From a virus (lineage: Duplodnaviria > Caudoviricetes): DNA of 55,181 nt. The DNA is taken from the IMG/VR virus record IMGVR_UViG_3300031965_000037, positions 1 through 55,181 of that record, one strand, 5' to 3'. Position numbers and translations under genes: made by a program. Of this stretch, positions 18,287-27,745 are shown one piece after another (positions within the stretch are counted from its first letter, which is position 1; every line of letters starts with the position of its first letter). Below the pieces are notes generated by a model. That model was not told the origin of the DNA and did no database searches. It saw only the letters and a list, made by a program, of their open reading frames with translations.

Positions 18287-18730
18287 ATGAACAACTCCCC
18301 CGAAACCGCAATGGACGTCGAGATTGTCGACACGGTCATTATCGCGGATGGAACTGGCACCGAGGCTTCGGCTTCGGTGGACATGAAGCAGCACGACTCC
18401 GTGCTGTGGGCGATCGAAGTCACCGACATCAACACCACGGGCACGCTGCTCGTCACGATCGAGGACTCTGCGAACGACTCGGCTTGGGCGACGGCTTTGC
18501 AGCCCGACGGCACCGATGCGGCGATGGCATCGGCGGCAATCGTCGCCGACGGCGTGTACTACGTCCGCGCCCTCGCGGAGAACATGGACCGCTATGCGCG
18601 TCTGTCGGTCGCGGTTGGTTCGGTCGGCGTCGACTACACGGTCATCGCAATCCGCTTTGGGAAGAAGGTCAAGGCGGCGGCGAACACGCTCGGCACGGTC
18701 GGTCACTTGCAGCTGGGGCTTCCCGCCTAG
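18287..18730 (+). CDS. Putative capsid decoration/cement protein
   Basis: GGAG SD; immediately after the capsid gene; beta-rich, VDM...RYARLSV pattern. Confidence 0.55.
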   Translation: MNNSPETAMDVEIVDTVIIADGTGTEASASVDMKQHDSVLWAIEVTDINTTGTLLVTIEDSANDSAWATALQPDGTDAAMASAAIVADGVYYVRALAENMDRYARLSVAVGSVGVDYTVIAIRFGKKVKAAANTLGTVGHLQLGLPA

Positions 18731-18744
18731 CAGTGAGTGGCTTC

Positions 18745-18775
18745 GGGGTCGGCAGTGTTACCTCCTGTCGGCCCC
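18745..18775 (+). terminator. Stem-loop after the capsid/decoration genes
   Basis: GGGGTCGGCAG-N9-CTGTCGGCCCC (two GU pairs) followed by a pyrimidine tract. Confidence 0.55.
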
Positions 18776-18831
18776 ACCTCTCTCTCTGTCTCTAATCCTC
18801 GAACAACGATCGCCAGCCAAGGGCAATCCAG

Positions 18832-19374
18832 ATGGGCGCATCTCAAACCTCGATCGAGTCACTCGTTGGACCGCCGACGGTCGTGATTCCGCTGCTGGCC
18901 TACGCTGACGGAACCTACTCCCCCGAGGACACCGCCGTTGGTGTCTATGCGAACGGAGCGACGTCTGGAGTCGTCGGGGCCGCTGCCGACTTGCGCGGCT
19001 ACCGAGGCGCGATGATCCAGTGCGTGATTTCTCGATTGCCTGGCGCAAACGCGAACGCGCTGACGATCATCCCTCACCATGGACCGTGTCCCGACTTCGC
19101 GACCCACGACCCGTTCGGGATCGAATGGGGTTTCTATGCGAACGGCAAGGGCCATGCGTCGCCAGGTACCAGCGTGGTCAAGACCATCTTCGTCGACACT
19201 GATCTCTCGATGCCGTACTTGTCGGCGCAGATTGTGATCGCTTCGGGAGCTGGCGCGATCGTCGGCGTGTCGGTCATCCCGCTGCTGCCGAAGACTAGTC
19301 CGCGAATCGATGAGTTCCCGGCTGGCAAGCTGCTCACCGTCCTCGATTCCGGCCCCTTGAACTTGGTTGGCTAG
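18832..19374 (+). CDS. Putative decoration protein, paralog of 19376-19930
   Basis: ADLRGYRGA...HGP...EWGF...PYLS. Confidence 0.6.
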   Translation: MGASQTSIESLVGPPTVVIPLLAYADGTYSPEDTAVGVYANGATSGVVGAAADLRGYRGAMIQCVISRLPGANANALTIIPHHGPCPDFATHDPFGIEWGFYANGKGHASPGTSVVKTIFVDTDLSMPYLSAQIVIASGAGAIVGVSVIPLLPKTSPRIDEFPAGKLLTVLDSGPLNLVG

Positions 19375-19375
19375 C

Positions 19376-19930
19376 ATGAGCTCACGGATCCAAACAGTCT
19401 CACTTGCTGTCGGCGAGCCGGTGATCGCGGTTTCCCCTCAGACCTACATTCGCGCGACCAGCGTCTTGTTCGACCCGGACACGGTTGGCATCGACGTCGA
19501 CGCTGCCGCTGGCCCCGCCGTCGCTGGAGTCGCAGACCTCAACGGGTATCGCGGTGCGATCGTGACGATCTTCCACACGCCGTCGACGACGAACAACGCG
19601 GCGGCGGTATCGGCACGACTGAAGCACGGCCCGACGAACGTCTACAGCGAGCACGACTACGTTTCGAGCGATCTGGAGTGGGCCTTTTTGCAGCCGGGGG
19701 TCGGTCTCGGCGGCACGATGGAGATGCTCACGTTTCTCGTCGACTCATCTCGCGTCGAGCGCTACCTGTCCGTCGAGGGGTTGATTTCAAATGGGGTCGG
19801 CACGATCCAAGCTGCTATCATCACGCCCGTCGGCGCAAAGTATGCCCGCAAGGACAACGTCGATCAGGCCAACAACCTGTTTGTTACAGCGTCTGGAAGT
19901 CAGACGTTCCCAAGTCTCGATCCCACCTGA
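19376..19930 (+). CDS. Putative decoration protein, paralog of 18832-19374
   Basis: ADLNGYRGA...HGP...EWAF...RYLS. Confidence 0.6.
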   Translation: MSSRIQTVSLAVGEPVIAVSPQTYIRATSVLFDPDTVGIDVDAAAGPAVAGVADLNGYRGAIVTIFHTPSTTNNAAAVSARLKHGPTNVYSEHDYVSSDLEWAFLQPGVGLGGTMEMLTFLVDSSRVERYLSVEGLISNGVGTIQAAIITPVGAKYARKDNVDQANNLFVTASGSQTFPSLDPT

Positions 19931-19986
19931 GATCAGTCTCGATCCCACCTGAGATCTCAGTTCGATCCAAACCGAGAGGTAATCCA

Positions 19987-20403
19987 ATGATTAAGGAAGA
20001 ACGCACGCACACGACAGTCTCGGAGTCGAAGGTCGTCGATGAACGGATGAGCGGCGTTTACGTCGTGAACAAGCGCGGAGCCATCCACTGGCCGGACGGC
20101 AAGCTGCGTGGAGAAGAAGGTTACGTCGTGCGCGGGGACGACCCGTTCATGAAGCGGTACTTCCGCGCGTCGGGCACTCCGGCGATGCTCATCCGCGACG
20201 ACAGCTCGACGCCTGTCCCGCCCGATGAGTGGCCGGCTCGATATCGCACCCTTGCCGGTCGCGAATACATGAGCAAGCTGGAGCTGATCGAGCGAGTGTC
20301 GGCTGAGCGCGAAGAGCGCGAGCGCAATGAGTCGATGGAGAGCAGGAAGGGCAAGATCAAGGACAAGGTCTCGAAGGAGATCCCCGATCTCGACGAGGAT
20401 TGA
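19987..20403 (+). CDS. Hypothetical protein (head-neck region)
   Basis: GAGGT SD before ATG 19987. Confidence 0.7.
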   Translation: MIKEERTHTTVSESKVVDERMSGVYVVNKRGAIHWPDGKLRGEEGYVVRGDDPFMKRYFRASGTPAMLIRDDSSTPVPPDEWPARYRTLAGREYMSKLELIERVSAEREERERNESMESRKGKIKDKVSKEIPDLDED

Positions 20404-20409
20404 TCGCTG

Positions 20410-21030
20410 ATGACCCTTCCTGCCACAACGCTCGCCGCCGTCAAGGTCACGCTGAAGGTTGACGCCGGAAGCACGACTATCGACGCCGACGTGAACGCCT
20501 TGATCGCTGCGGTGTCGAAGCGAGCGGAGCGTTACATCGGGAGGTCGTTCGAGGTCACGGCTCAGACGGAAACCTTCGACGTGGCGCGTCGAACCCGATC
20601 AGTCTTCCTGACCCATTGCCCGGTCGATCTCGCGCAGCCGGTCACGATTAAGAATCACATCCGACGGGACTTCGCTGCAACGCCGGCGATGAGTTCGGAT
20701 CTGTACGCGGTCAACGCTTCGACGGGGCGGGTCTACTTTGAGAGCTACCTGATCACTGGGCCGGACGTGCTTCAGATTGCTTACACGGGCGGCCTCTCCG
20801 CAGACGCCGCCGCGCTTCAAGCCATCGTGGATCTGGAGTACGCGATCCGCCGTCAGGTCGCGCATGAGTATCAGCGCCGATTGACGCCTGGAGGCAAGGC
20901 TGCGGTCAAGTCGCGCTCGAAGGGGACCGTGGTCGCCGCGGAAGGCGAGGTTAACTGGTTGCAGTCGACCAAGGACGTGCTCAATTCCTACAAGATCGAC
21001 TGGATCAGCACGCGCAGGTCGAACAAGTAA
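20410..21030 (+). CDS. Head-tail adaptor (gp6/gp15-like)
   Basis: TTLAAVK..L, LIAAVSKRAERYIGRSF, IAYTGG, DVLNSYK; position. Confidence 0.8.
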   Translation: MTLPATTLAAVKVTLKVDAGSTTIDADVNALIAAVSKRAERYIGRSFEVTAQTETFDVARRTRSVFLTHCPVDLAQPVTIKNHIRRDFAATPAMSSDLYAVNASTGRVYFESYLITGPDVLQIAYTGGLSADAAALQAIVDLEYAIRRQVAHEYQRRLTPGGKAAVKSRSKGTVVAAEGEVNWLQSTKDVLNSYKIDWISTRRSNK

Positions 21031-21707
21031 TGGCCGTCGAGGCGAAATCGAATGGCGATCAGTTCCGTCGGCAGATGGAGATCTTCCGCGATCGCGTGGG
21101 GATCTCTCTCGACCGAGGCTTCTCGCGTCTCGGGTCGAGATGGGACCAGGCGATGCAGAAGCGCATGCGCTCGGGCACCACTCCGCCTGGAGTGCGCAAG
21201 GCACCAGGGCTACCGACGGGTCGTCGCACAGGTCGACTCGCGAGGTCGTTGCGCGCCGAACTCATCGGCGCGGGGGGGCAGCTCGAGGGCAAGGGTCTCG
21301 CCTTCGGATCGAGAACGCCCGGCGAGGAGAACTACGCGCGGATCCAAGAGTTCGGCGGCAAAATCGAGGCGAAGAAAACCAAGTACCTCGCGATCCCGTT
21401 GCCCGACGCATTTCGAGGCCGTAGCGTTGCCGATCCTCCGAGGTCGTATCGCGACACCTTTGTGTTCGCGACCACGCGAGGGGCGAGCTTTGGCGGGCTG
21501 TACATCGTCCAGGAAGACAAAAAAGGCGGGCTGAACTTCCTCTTCGCACTGCGGAAGGAAGTCACGTTGTCGCCGCGACTCGGCATGATCTCCACGATGA
21601 GGGCAATCCTCAAGCGGCACCAGCGGAGTACGATCGTCGAGGCGCTCGAGGATGCCGCAGCGCATGCTTTCGGGGCGACAGGAGGTCAGTCATCACTTCC
21701 TTCCTGA
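21030..21707 (+). CDS. Neck/tail completion protein (HK97 gp10 / virion morphogenesis-like)
   Basis: RRTGRLARSL, YARIQEFGGKI, YLAIPL. Confidence 0.7.
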   Translation: MAVEAKSNGDQFRRQMEIFRDRVGISLDRGFSRLGSRWDQAMQKRMRSGTTPPGVRKAPGLPTGRRTGRLARSLRAELIGAGGQLEGKGLAFGSRTPGEENYARIQEFGGKIEAKKTKYLAIPLPDAFRGRSVADPPRSYRDTFVFATTRGASFGGLYIVQEDKKGGLNFLFALRKEVTLSPRLGMISTMRAILKRHQRSTIVEALEDAAAHAFGATGGQSSLPS

Positions 21708-22048
21708 CTGTCGACGTCTTCGACCTGCGAACGCCGTTCACACTTCGTGAGCGCGTCACAGCTGAGGGGCCGGAGACCAATGCGGCTGACCTGGTCGTCC
21801 AAGGGCGCACGTACATCGCCGACGACCCGCGCTCGTGGGAGCTCGAAATCCCAACCGAGAACGAGGTCACTCGCGATAGGGCTCTGACGCTGCATTCCGA
21901 GACCGGCTTCGGCGCTTTGCCGATCCGCTGGACGCCGCCGAACGAAACCGAGATCAGCGTGTTCATCGACATGCCAAACGGCATGGCGACGACCAGGACA
22001 TCGGCCAAGCACCATTCGCTGCGAGTTGTGCTCACGGAGTCGAAGTAG
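21692..22048 (+). CDS. Unlisted ORF with non-canonical start (ATC 21692 or CTG 21704), lambda gpM-like minor tail protein
   Basis: Open frame exactly fills the 21707-22048 gap; GGAGGT SD 5 nt before ATC; RSWEL...IRWTPPNE...LRVVLTE pattern. Confidence 0.65.
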   Translation: MTSFLTVDVFDLRTPFTLRERVTAEGPETNAADLVVQGRTYIADDPRSWELEIPTENEVTRDRALTLHSETGFGALPIRWTPPNETEISVFIDMPNGMATTRTSAKHHSLRVVLTESK

Positions 22049-22512
22049 TGGCTGACTCCGCCGAGTACAAAGTCTTGCTGGCGTTGAGGTCGCAGCTCGA
22101 AGCGATTACGGTCGCGAACGGGTTCAATGTCGACGTGCAGGCCGTCCAGCTCTACGACAAGTTCCACGACGAGATTCCGGTCCATCCTTCAATCATGATC
22201 GGCACGATAGACTCGAGCGAAGATCAGCGGACGTGGTCCGACTACAATGCGATCACGCTCCGTGTGCTCATGTCGCTCTCGATTGAGACCTACGCCGATG
22301 AACATAAAGAGGTCGGCGAGTTCGTCGCGGACGTGAAGAAGAAGCTGTTCGCCGAGATCCCGATGTTCCTCGGTGGGCTTTCTCGATGGCTGCGAGTTGA
22401 CACCGTGGATCGCATTCACACGGACGAAGACAGTGGGCGCGCTGGCGCCCTCATGGTATTGACGATCTACTTTCGGCATCCGATCCAGGATCCCTACACT
22501 CTGATCCCCTAG
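22048..22512 (+). CDS. Tail terminator (gpU/gp17-like)
   Basis: LEAITVANGFNVDV, acidic, directly before the tail tube gene. Confidence 0.7.
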   Translation: MADSAEYKVLLALRSQLEAITVANGFNVDVQAVQLYDKFHDEIPVHPSIMIGTIDSSEDQRTWSDYNAITLRVLMSLSIETYADEHKEVGEFVADVKKKLFAEIPMFLGGLSRWLRVDTVDRIHTDEDSGRAGALMVLTIYFRHPIQDPYTLIP

Positions 22513-22530
22513 ACCCAGAAGGGTTCAACA

Positions 22531-24051
22531 ATGGTACTCCTCACGCAACGCAAGCAACTCGGACTGAAATTGGAAGACGTCGAGGGGACCGCCGAGACGA
22601 TCACCGTGAGTGATTTGGTCACGGTTCGCGATCCGACGCCCAGCATCAATCTCAACAACGTGCGACGTCCGGTTCAGCGCGGTTCGTTCTCGAAGGTCAC
22701 GTCGGGAACGGGGATCCAAGACGGAGGGGTCACTTACGATCAGGAGTTTGCCGGCCCCGCCGATGGCTTGGTGACGACCGACTCGCCGATTTCCGCTTCG
22801 CTTCAAACGACTGGGCATCGTCGTTTCGACCTCTACGCCGTCGAGGTCGCGACCTTTACCGGTCCGCGTGTCGTGGTTGGCGACCTGCTCGTGAGCGACA
22901 CGACGGCGAGCACGATCCGCGTCGCCGCGTCGATGCGAAAGACCAACTTCGACGCGGGCGCGCTCCATTCGGACATCCTGTTCTTCGAGCAGGTGTCTGG
23001 GCCTGGAATCGATGCGACCGACACGACCCTGACGGCGGCGAACACGTCGCTTCCGGTCGCGACCGTATCCCACGGGGGCGGCACGCCGTCGCTCGGCCTG
23101 AGCTCCCAAGTCGCGACCCGAGCTGGCACCGGCTGGGTGCCGACGTCTCAGCAGACTCAGACGATCACGATCTCTGGCACGGCAGGAGGTCCGTTCGTGG
23201 TCGGCGAGACGATCTTCCAGTCGATCGACAACGCGAGCCCGGCTTCTGCGCTCCAGATTGCATTCGGTCGCATCGTCACCGTGACCGCCACTTCGGTTGA
23301 ATTCACCCCCTACTTGGGCAACGGCGTTGGCTTCCTGAGCTCCGGCCTGGGAGATCTCACAGGATTCACCTCGGGCGCGACGGCTACCGTGGATTCTGAC
23401 GCGAGCTCGTTGCAGACCCCGAGCGTCACAGCCAAGACTTTCGAGGACGGGATCGCGAAGACGTTCGCTGGCGCGCGCGGATCGTCGACGATCGAGCTGC
23501 CGACCGGTGACTTCCCGCTGTTGAAGGTCGCGCTACAGGCGTCCTACGACTCGGTGGCCGACGAGGCCAACCTCGACGCCGGAGGCGCAGCCCAGGCGAT
23601 CGTTCCGACCTTCCTTGGCGTCGAGTTCCGCGTGGACCGGACCTGGCAACCATGCACTTCGTCGATCACGATCGACATGGCGCAGAACCTGGTCCGTCGA
23701 ACCTGCGCGACAAATGCCTCGGGTCTCGAGGGCTTCGTCATCACGGACCGGACGCCGACGATGACGATGGATCCCGAGGCAGTTCAGGAAGTCATCTTCG
23801 CGGCCTACGGCAATGCCAAGGTGGCGACTCCTTTCCCGGCCCAGTTGAGATTCGGAAACCACTCATCGGGGACGGGCGTCGACGCATGGCTGCTGTCCTT
23901 CGACCAGCTCCAATACGAGTCGCTGGACTCTGGCGATCGCGACGGTATTCAGACTCACGACTCGACGCTTCAGATCAACAGCTACACCACGCTGAACGAA
24001 GCTGAGATGTCGATCCTGAACTACAGCCGCACGGTGGTCGAGGCTCTGTAA
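22531..24051 (+). CDS. Major tail tube protein with internal inserted domains
   Basis: LLTQRKQLGLKLE start, GARGS, ITDRTPTMTMDPE, GDRDGI; position before the chaperones and tape measure. Confidence 0.75.
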   Translation: MVLLTQRKQLGLKLEDVEGTAETITVSDLVTVRDPTPSINLNNVRRPVQRGSFSKVTSGTGIQDGGVTYDQEFAGPADGLVTTDSPISASLQTTGHRRFDLYAVEVATFTGPRVVVGDLLVSDTTASTIRVAASMRKTNFDAGALHSDILFFEQVSGPGIDATDTTLTAANTSLPVATVSHGGGTPSLGLSSQVATRAGTGWVPTSQQTQTITISGTAGGPFVVGETIFQSIDNASPASALQIAFGRIVTVTATSVEFTPYLGNGVGFLSSGLGDLTGFTSGATATVDSDASSLQTPSVTAKTFEDGIAKTFAGARGSSTIELPTGDFPLLKVALQASYDSVADEANLDAGGAAQAIVPTFLGVEFRVDRTWQPCTSSITIDMAQNLVRRTCATNASGLEGFVITDRTPTMTMDPEAVQEVIFAAYGNAKVATPFPAQLRFGNHSSGTGVDAWLLSFDQLQYESLDSGDRDGIQTHDSTLQINSYTTLNEAEMSILNYSRTVVEAL

Positions 24052-24098
24052 CCTCGATCATTCCATCATCACTCCGCAAACGCAGAAGGGCTAAACCC

Positions 24099-24584
24099 AT
24101 GAAACTCTCTCGCAAGGTCGTCACTCACGAATTCATTCCGCCGTCGCAGATGACGGTGGAGATTGAACCAGCAGTCCCCGGCAAGCCGGCTGTTTGGGAA
24201 AAGGACTCCATCGTGGAGCCCGAGGTGCCCGAGAAACCTGCCGTCATGGGGCCGTGCGAAAATGCGGCGGTCTTCATCTTCAAGGCGCTCAAGCGTCGGG
24301 AGTACACGAAGATCATGATGCTGCTCGCGCCCGACGAGAAGGGCGACGTGAAGTTCGATCTGGAGACGGCGTACTTCCTGGCGGCGATGGTGCTGCGCGA
24401 GGTTCGCAACGTGATCGTCGAGAACGCCGAAGGGACGGGCGAAGGCCCGCTTGAAATCGAGATCGACGAGAAGGGCATGGTGCTCGAAGAAATCATGGAC
24501 CTGTTCGAGCCCCGTGACGTATTCGCCTTCGCCCTGCACATCATCGAGACTTCACAGGTCAAGAAGAGCCAAGGGAAAAAGTGA
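24099..24584 (+). CDS. Tail assembly chaperone (gpG-like)
   Basis: Position; ends in GGG AAA AAG TGA. Confidence 0.7.
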   Translation: MKLSRKVVTHEFIPPSQMTVEIEPAVPGKPAVWEKDSIVEPEVPEKPAVMGPCENAAVFIFKALKRREYTKIMMLLAPDEKGDVKFDLETAYFLAAMVLREVRNVIVENAEGTGEGPLEIEIDEKGMVLEEIMDLFEPRDVFAFALHIIETSQVKKSQGKK

Positions 24585-24997
24585 TTGCGGCCGCGCATCG
24601 CGTGTATCGGCTCAACAACAGTTCGCCCGATTGTCGGGTTTGCCGTAGGCCGTCGCGCGCTGCGTGGAGAGCTCGTTGGGGCTGCGACGAGAACACCACC
24701 GCGTTCAATTCAGTCTTCGCGTCGACCTGCACGGGTTGCTACGGAACGAGCGATGACTGTGATATTTGCAATGGGTCAGGCGTCGAGGCCTGGCTCCGCT
24801 GCCCGGCCAGCGAAACTGATGAGTACTCGATGTATGTTGCCGAAGTGTACGCGAACCTCCAGAGGTACAGCATGTGGCCGGACGGCGAATCGTGGAGTGA
24901 GCAGGACAATCTGCTGTACTCCGCAGTGATGTTGTTCGACAGCGAGGTGGCCCGGATCCAAGAGGCTCAGAGGGAAGAGGCTGGCAAGAAGCGCTAG
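24581..24997 (+). CDS. Tail assembly chaperone second ORF (gpT-like), Cys-rich
   Basis: -1 frame relative to the gpG-like ORF; RCP...WPDGESWSEQD; several CxxC. Confidence 0.6.
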   Translation: MIAAAHRVYRLNNSSPDCRVCRRPSRAAWRARWGCDENTTAFNSVFASTCTGCYGTSDDCDICNGSGVEAWLRCPASETDEYSMYVAEVYANLQRYSMWPDGESWSEQDNLLYSAVMLFDSEVARIQEAQREEAGKKR

Positions 24998-27742
24998 ATG
25001 GTCGATCGCTCCGAGTTCGTCGTCACCTTCAAAGCGAAGGATCTCAATCTCACCAAGGAATTGCGTGAAGTAGGCGCGGAGGGAGCCAAGTCTGGCAAGC
25101 AGGTCAGCGATGGTTTCGAGCGAGGCGATCGCTCAGCCGAGAAACTGAGCGCCAACACGGGGAAGCTCGGCGGCCTATTCAGCGGGCTGCAAGCGCGCGT
25201 GGTCAGTTTCGGAATTTCTCTCGCAGCGGCGTTCAGCGTCCGCCAGGGGTTCACGGACACACTTGCATTTGGTCGTGCGATTGCGGAGGTCGGCACGATT
25301 GCCGGTGTCTCTGCCGACGAGCTCGACGCGCTCCGCTCGAAAACGGTGGGGCTGGCCGCTGGACTCGGCCTGAAGGAGGTCGACGTCGCAGGGGGGCTGT
25401 ACCAGACTCTCTCCGCCGGCATCACTGATACCGCCGAGGCCTTCTTCGTGCTCGAGGCCGCAGCGCGTCTTGCGGTTGGGGGCGTGTCGACCACGGCTCA
25501 GACGGTCGACCTGCTCACCTCGATCATCAACGGCTACGGATTTGCCGCGACCGACTCGGCGCGAATCTCGGATCAATTGTTTGAGACCGTTCGGCTCGGC
25601 AAGACGACCATCGACGAGCTCGCCGCGTCGGTTGGCGGCGTGGCTCCAATCGCGGCGACGGCTGGCGTGGAGTTCACCGAACTCGCGGCAGCTATCTCGA
25701 CGATCACGCTCTCTGGACTTTCGACGTCCGAGGCGACGACGCAGATTCGGGCTGTTATCACCGCGCTAGGCACGCGAGCGAAGGAGCTGCGTGTCGAGTT
25801 CGAGCGCGTTGGCAAAACGTTCAGCTTCACCGACATTGCAACTCGTGGTCTCGTACCGGTGCTTCAAGATCTTCGCGACGTTGTCGACGACGACACCGAG
25901 TCGCTGATCAACCTGCTTGGCCGCCAGGAGGCCGTCAGCGCGGTCTTCAACCTGACTGGGCAGAACCTCAAGACGTACAACGAGAACCTGCGGCAGACTG
26001 CGGAAGCTCAGGACTCGGTTGCGAAGTCGCTCGATGTCCAGTTTGATTCCGCCGCCGTGCGCACGGAGGCCCAGCTCAACGCGCTGCGGATCCGGCTCGA
26101 GGAGATCGCTGACAGTTTTCTCAGTGGCATAGCCGGTGGTGCCCCGACGAGTGCGGAGCAGTTCAGCCAGCAGCTCGAGACGCTTGCGACTCCTGGCCTC
26201 GAGGGCGATGCCGCTGGGTTTTTCGGAACCCAGCTCCGCAAGACGGGGCTTGTCCTGGATTCGCTCGCTCTCGACGCGAGTCGATTGGGACTCATCATCG
26301 GAGAGGCGTTTGGCGAGGATAATCGTGGGCGCATCTTCAACCTGACGAGCGAAATCAATCGTCTCAACAAAGAGATCCAGCTCGCTGGATTCGATCCTGC
26401 GAAAGATTTCACTTTTGGCAACGAGTTCAGGGTGGAGGCTAAGATCGAGTTCGATCAAGCCGAGCTGCTTCGTGGAGCTGTTGAGTTCGCGAAGAAGGTC
26501 AAGGAGGAGAAGGAGATTGAGGAAGCCTTCTTCGATCAGCTCCGCAATGGAGCGGAGCGTGCAAGGCAGGCGGAGCTTGAGTCGATTGCTGCTCTCCAGG
26601 CAGCAGAGGAGAAGCTTGCGAAGAGTCAAGCGCTGACGTTTGGCGAAGAGCGGTCGGCATTCATTTCCCAGGTGACGACCGACTTCGACCTACAGCGCGA
26701 GGCGATCGATGGCGTGGTTGATTCGGAGTTCAATCGGATCAACGCGCTTCTGGAATCGGACGCCATCACGCTCACTCAGCGGGAGAGTTTGGCTGATCTG
26801 ATCGAGCTAATCGAATCCGAGAAGCTCGCGAACATCGACAACGCCGAGTCGTCTCGCCGGTCGAACGAGGAGCGCCGAAGCAGCGTTGAGACGATTCGCG
26901 ATCTTCGCTCGACGCTCTCTACGCTGAGGGCGGAACTGAGCGAGTCTGGTGTGAGGTCGAACGAACTCACTGCGATCTTGCAGCAGGTGCAGGCCGCCGC
27001 GCAGGCAGCCGATGAGGACGGCGTGATGCGGCTCGCGGGCTCGTTCCGCCGACTTCTGGAGGTCGAGCAGGGATTCGGTGCCAGTTTCCTTCGCGGCCTG
27101 AAAGCGGGAAACGAGACCCTGTCTCAGATCGGCGAGAACTTCGGCAGCGAGCTGGGGGGTGCGTTCAGCGGGCTGGTCAGCGATCTCGCTGTTGGCGAGC
27201 AGGGATTCGAGCGATTCAAGGGCACCGCGATTCGCGCCATTGCGCAAATCATAGCCGAGTTCCTCACGCTCCAAGCGGTCCAAGCTGCAAGCTCGGCTTT
27301 TGGCTTCAGCTCTGGCGGTACGCTTAGCTTTGCCGGTGGCGGGGTCGCGTTGAGTTCGACGAGTGCGTCGAACTCGCTTGGTTCTCTCGGCGGCAAGCGC
27401 GTGAACGTTGGCGCATTCCCGACTGGCGGCGTCGTGAGGGATCCGACGCTTGCGCTGTTCGGCGATCAGTCGAACGCTTACAAGGGCGAGGCGTTCGTGC
27501 CGATCCCTGCCGACGCGAAGGGGATCCCCGTCGAGTTTCGCGGACCGCCGCCGCGAACAGAGGCCACGAGTGGGATGAGCTTCACCGTCAATATGAACAT
27601 CAGCGCGATCGACAGCCGATCCCTGAATGACCGTCTCGCTCAGGGCCGAACTAACGATCTGATTGTCGGCATGTTCCGCGAGGCGCTCTCCGGTGACAAC
27701 GCGACAAGAGACAGGGTGCGCGACATTTCAAGGGGCTCGTGA
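24998..27742 (+). CDS. Tail tape measure protein
   Basis: 914 aa, Ala-rich helical; TP901-like core (GLYQTLSAG, DQLFETVRLGKTT); C-terminal GGVV..P...GEAFVP. Confidence 0.9.
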   Translation: MVDRSEFVVTFKAKDLNLTKELREVGAEGAKSGKQVSDGFERGDRSAEKLSANTGKLGGLFSGLQARVVSFGISLAAAFSVRQGFTDTLAFGRAIAEVGTIAGVSADELDALRSKTVGLAAGLGLKEVDVAGGLYQTLSAGITDTAEAFFVLEAAARLAVGGVSTTAQTVDLLTSIINGYGFAATDSARISDQLFETVRLGKTTIDELAASVGGVAPIAATAGVEFTELAAAISTITLSGLSTSEATTQIRAVITALGTRAKELRVEFERVGKTFSFTDIATRGLVPVLQDLRDVVDDDTESLINLLGRQEAVSAVFNLTGQNLKTYNENLRQTAEAQDSVAKSLDVQFDSAAVRTEAQLNALRIRLEEIADSFLSGIAGGAPTSAEQFSQQLETLATPGLEGDAAGFFGTQLRKTGLVLDSLALDASRLGLIIGEAFGEDNRGRIFNLTSEINRLNKEIQLAGFDPAKDFTFGNEFRVEAKIEFDQAELLRGAVEFAKKVKEEKEIEEAFFDQLRNGAERARQAELESIAALQAAEEKLAKSQALTFGEERSAFISQVTTDFDLQREAIDGVVDSEFNRINALLESDAITLTQRESLADLIELIESEKLANIDNAESSRRSNEERRSSVETIRDLRSTLSTLRAELSESGVRSNELTAILQQVQAAAQAADEDGVMRLAGSFRRLLEVEQGFGASFLRGLKAGNETLSQIGENFGSELGGAFSGLVSDLAVGEQGFERFKGTAIRAIAQIIAEFLTLQAVQAASSAFGFSSGGTLSFAGGGVALSSTSASNSLGSLGGKRVNVGAFPTGGVVRDPTLALFGDQSNAYKGEAFVPIPADAKGIPVEFRGPPPRTEATSGMSFTVNMNISAIDSRSLNDRLAQGRTNDLIVGMFREALSGDNATRDRVRDISRGS

Positions 27743-27745
27743 GGC

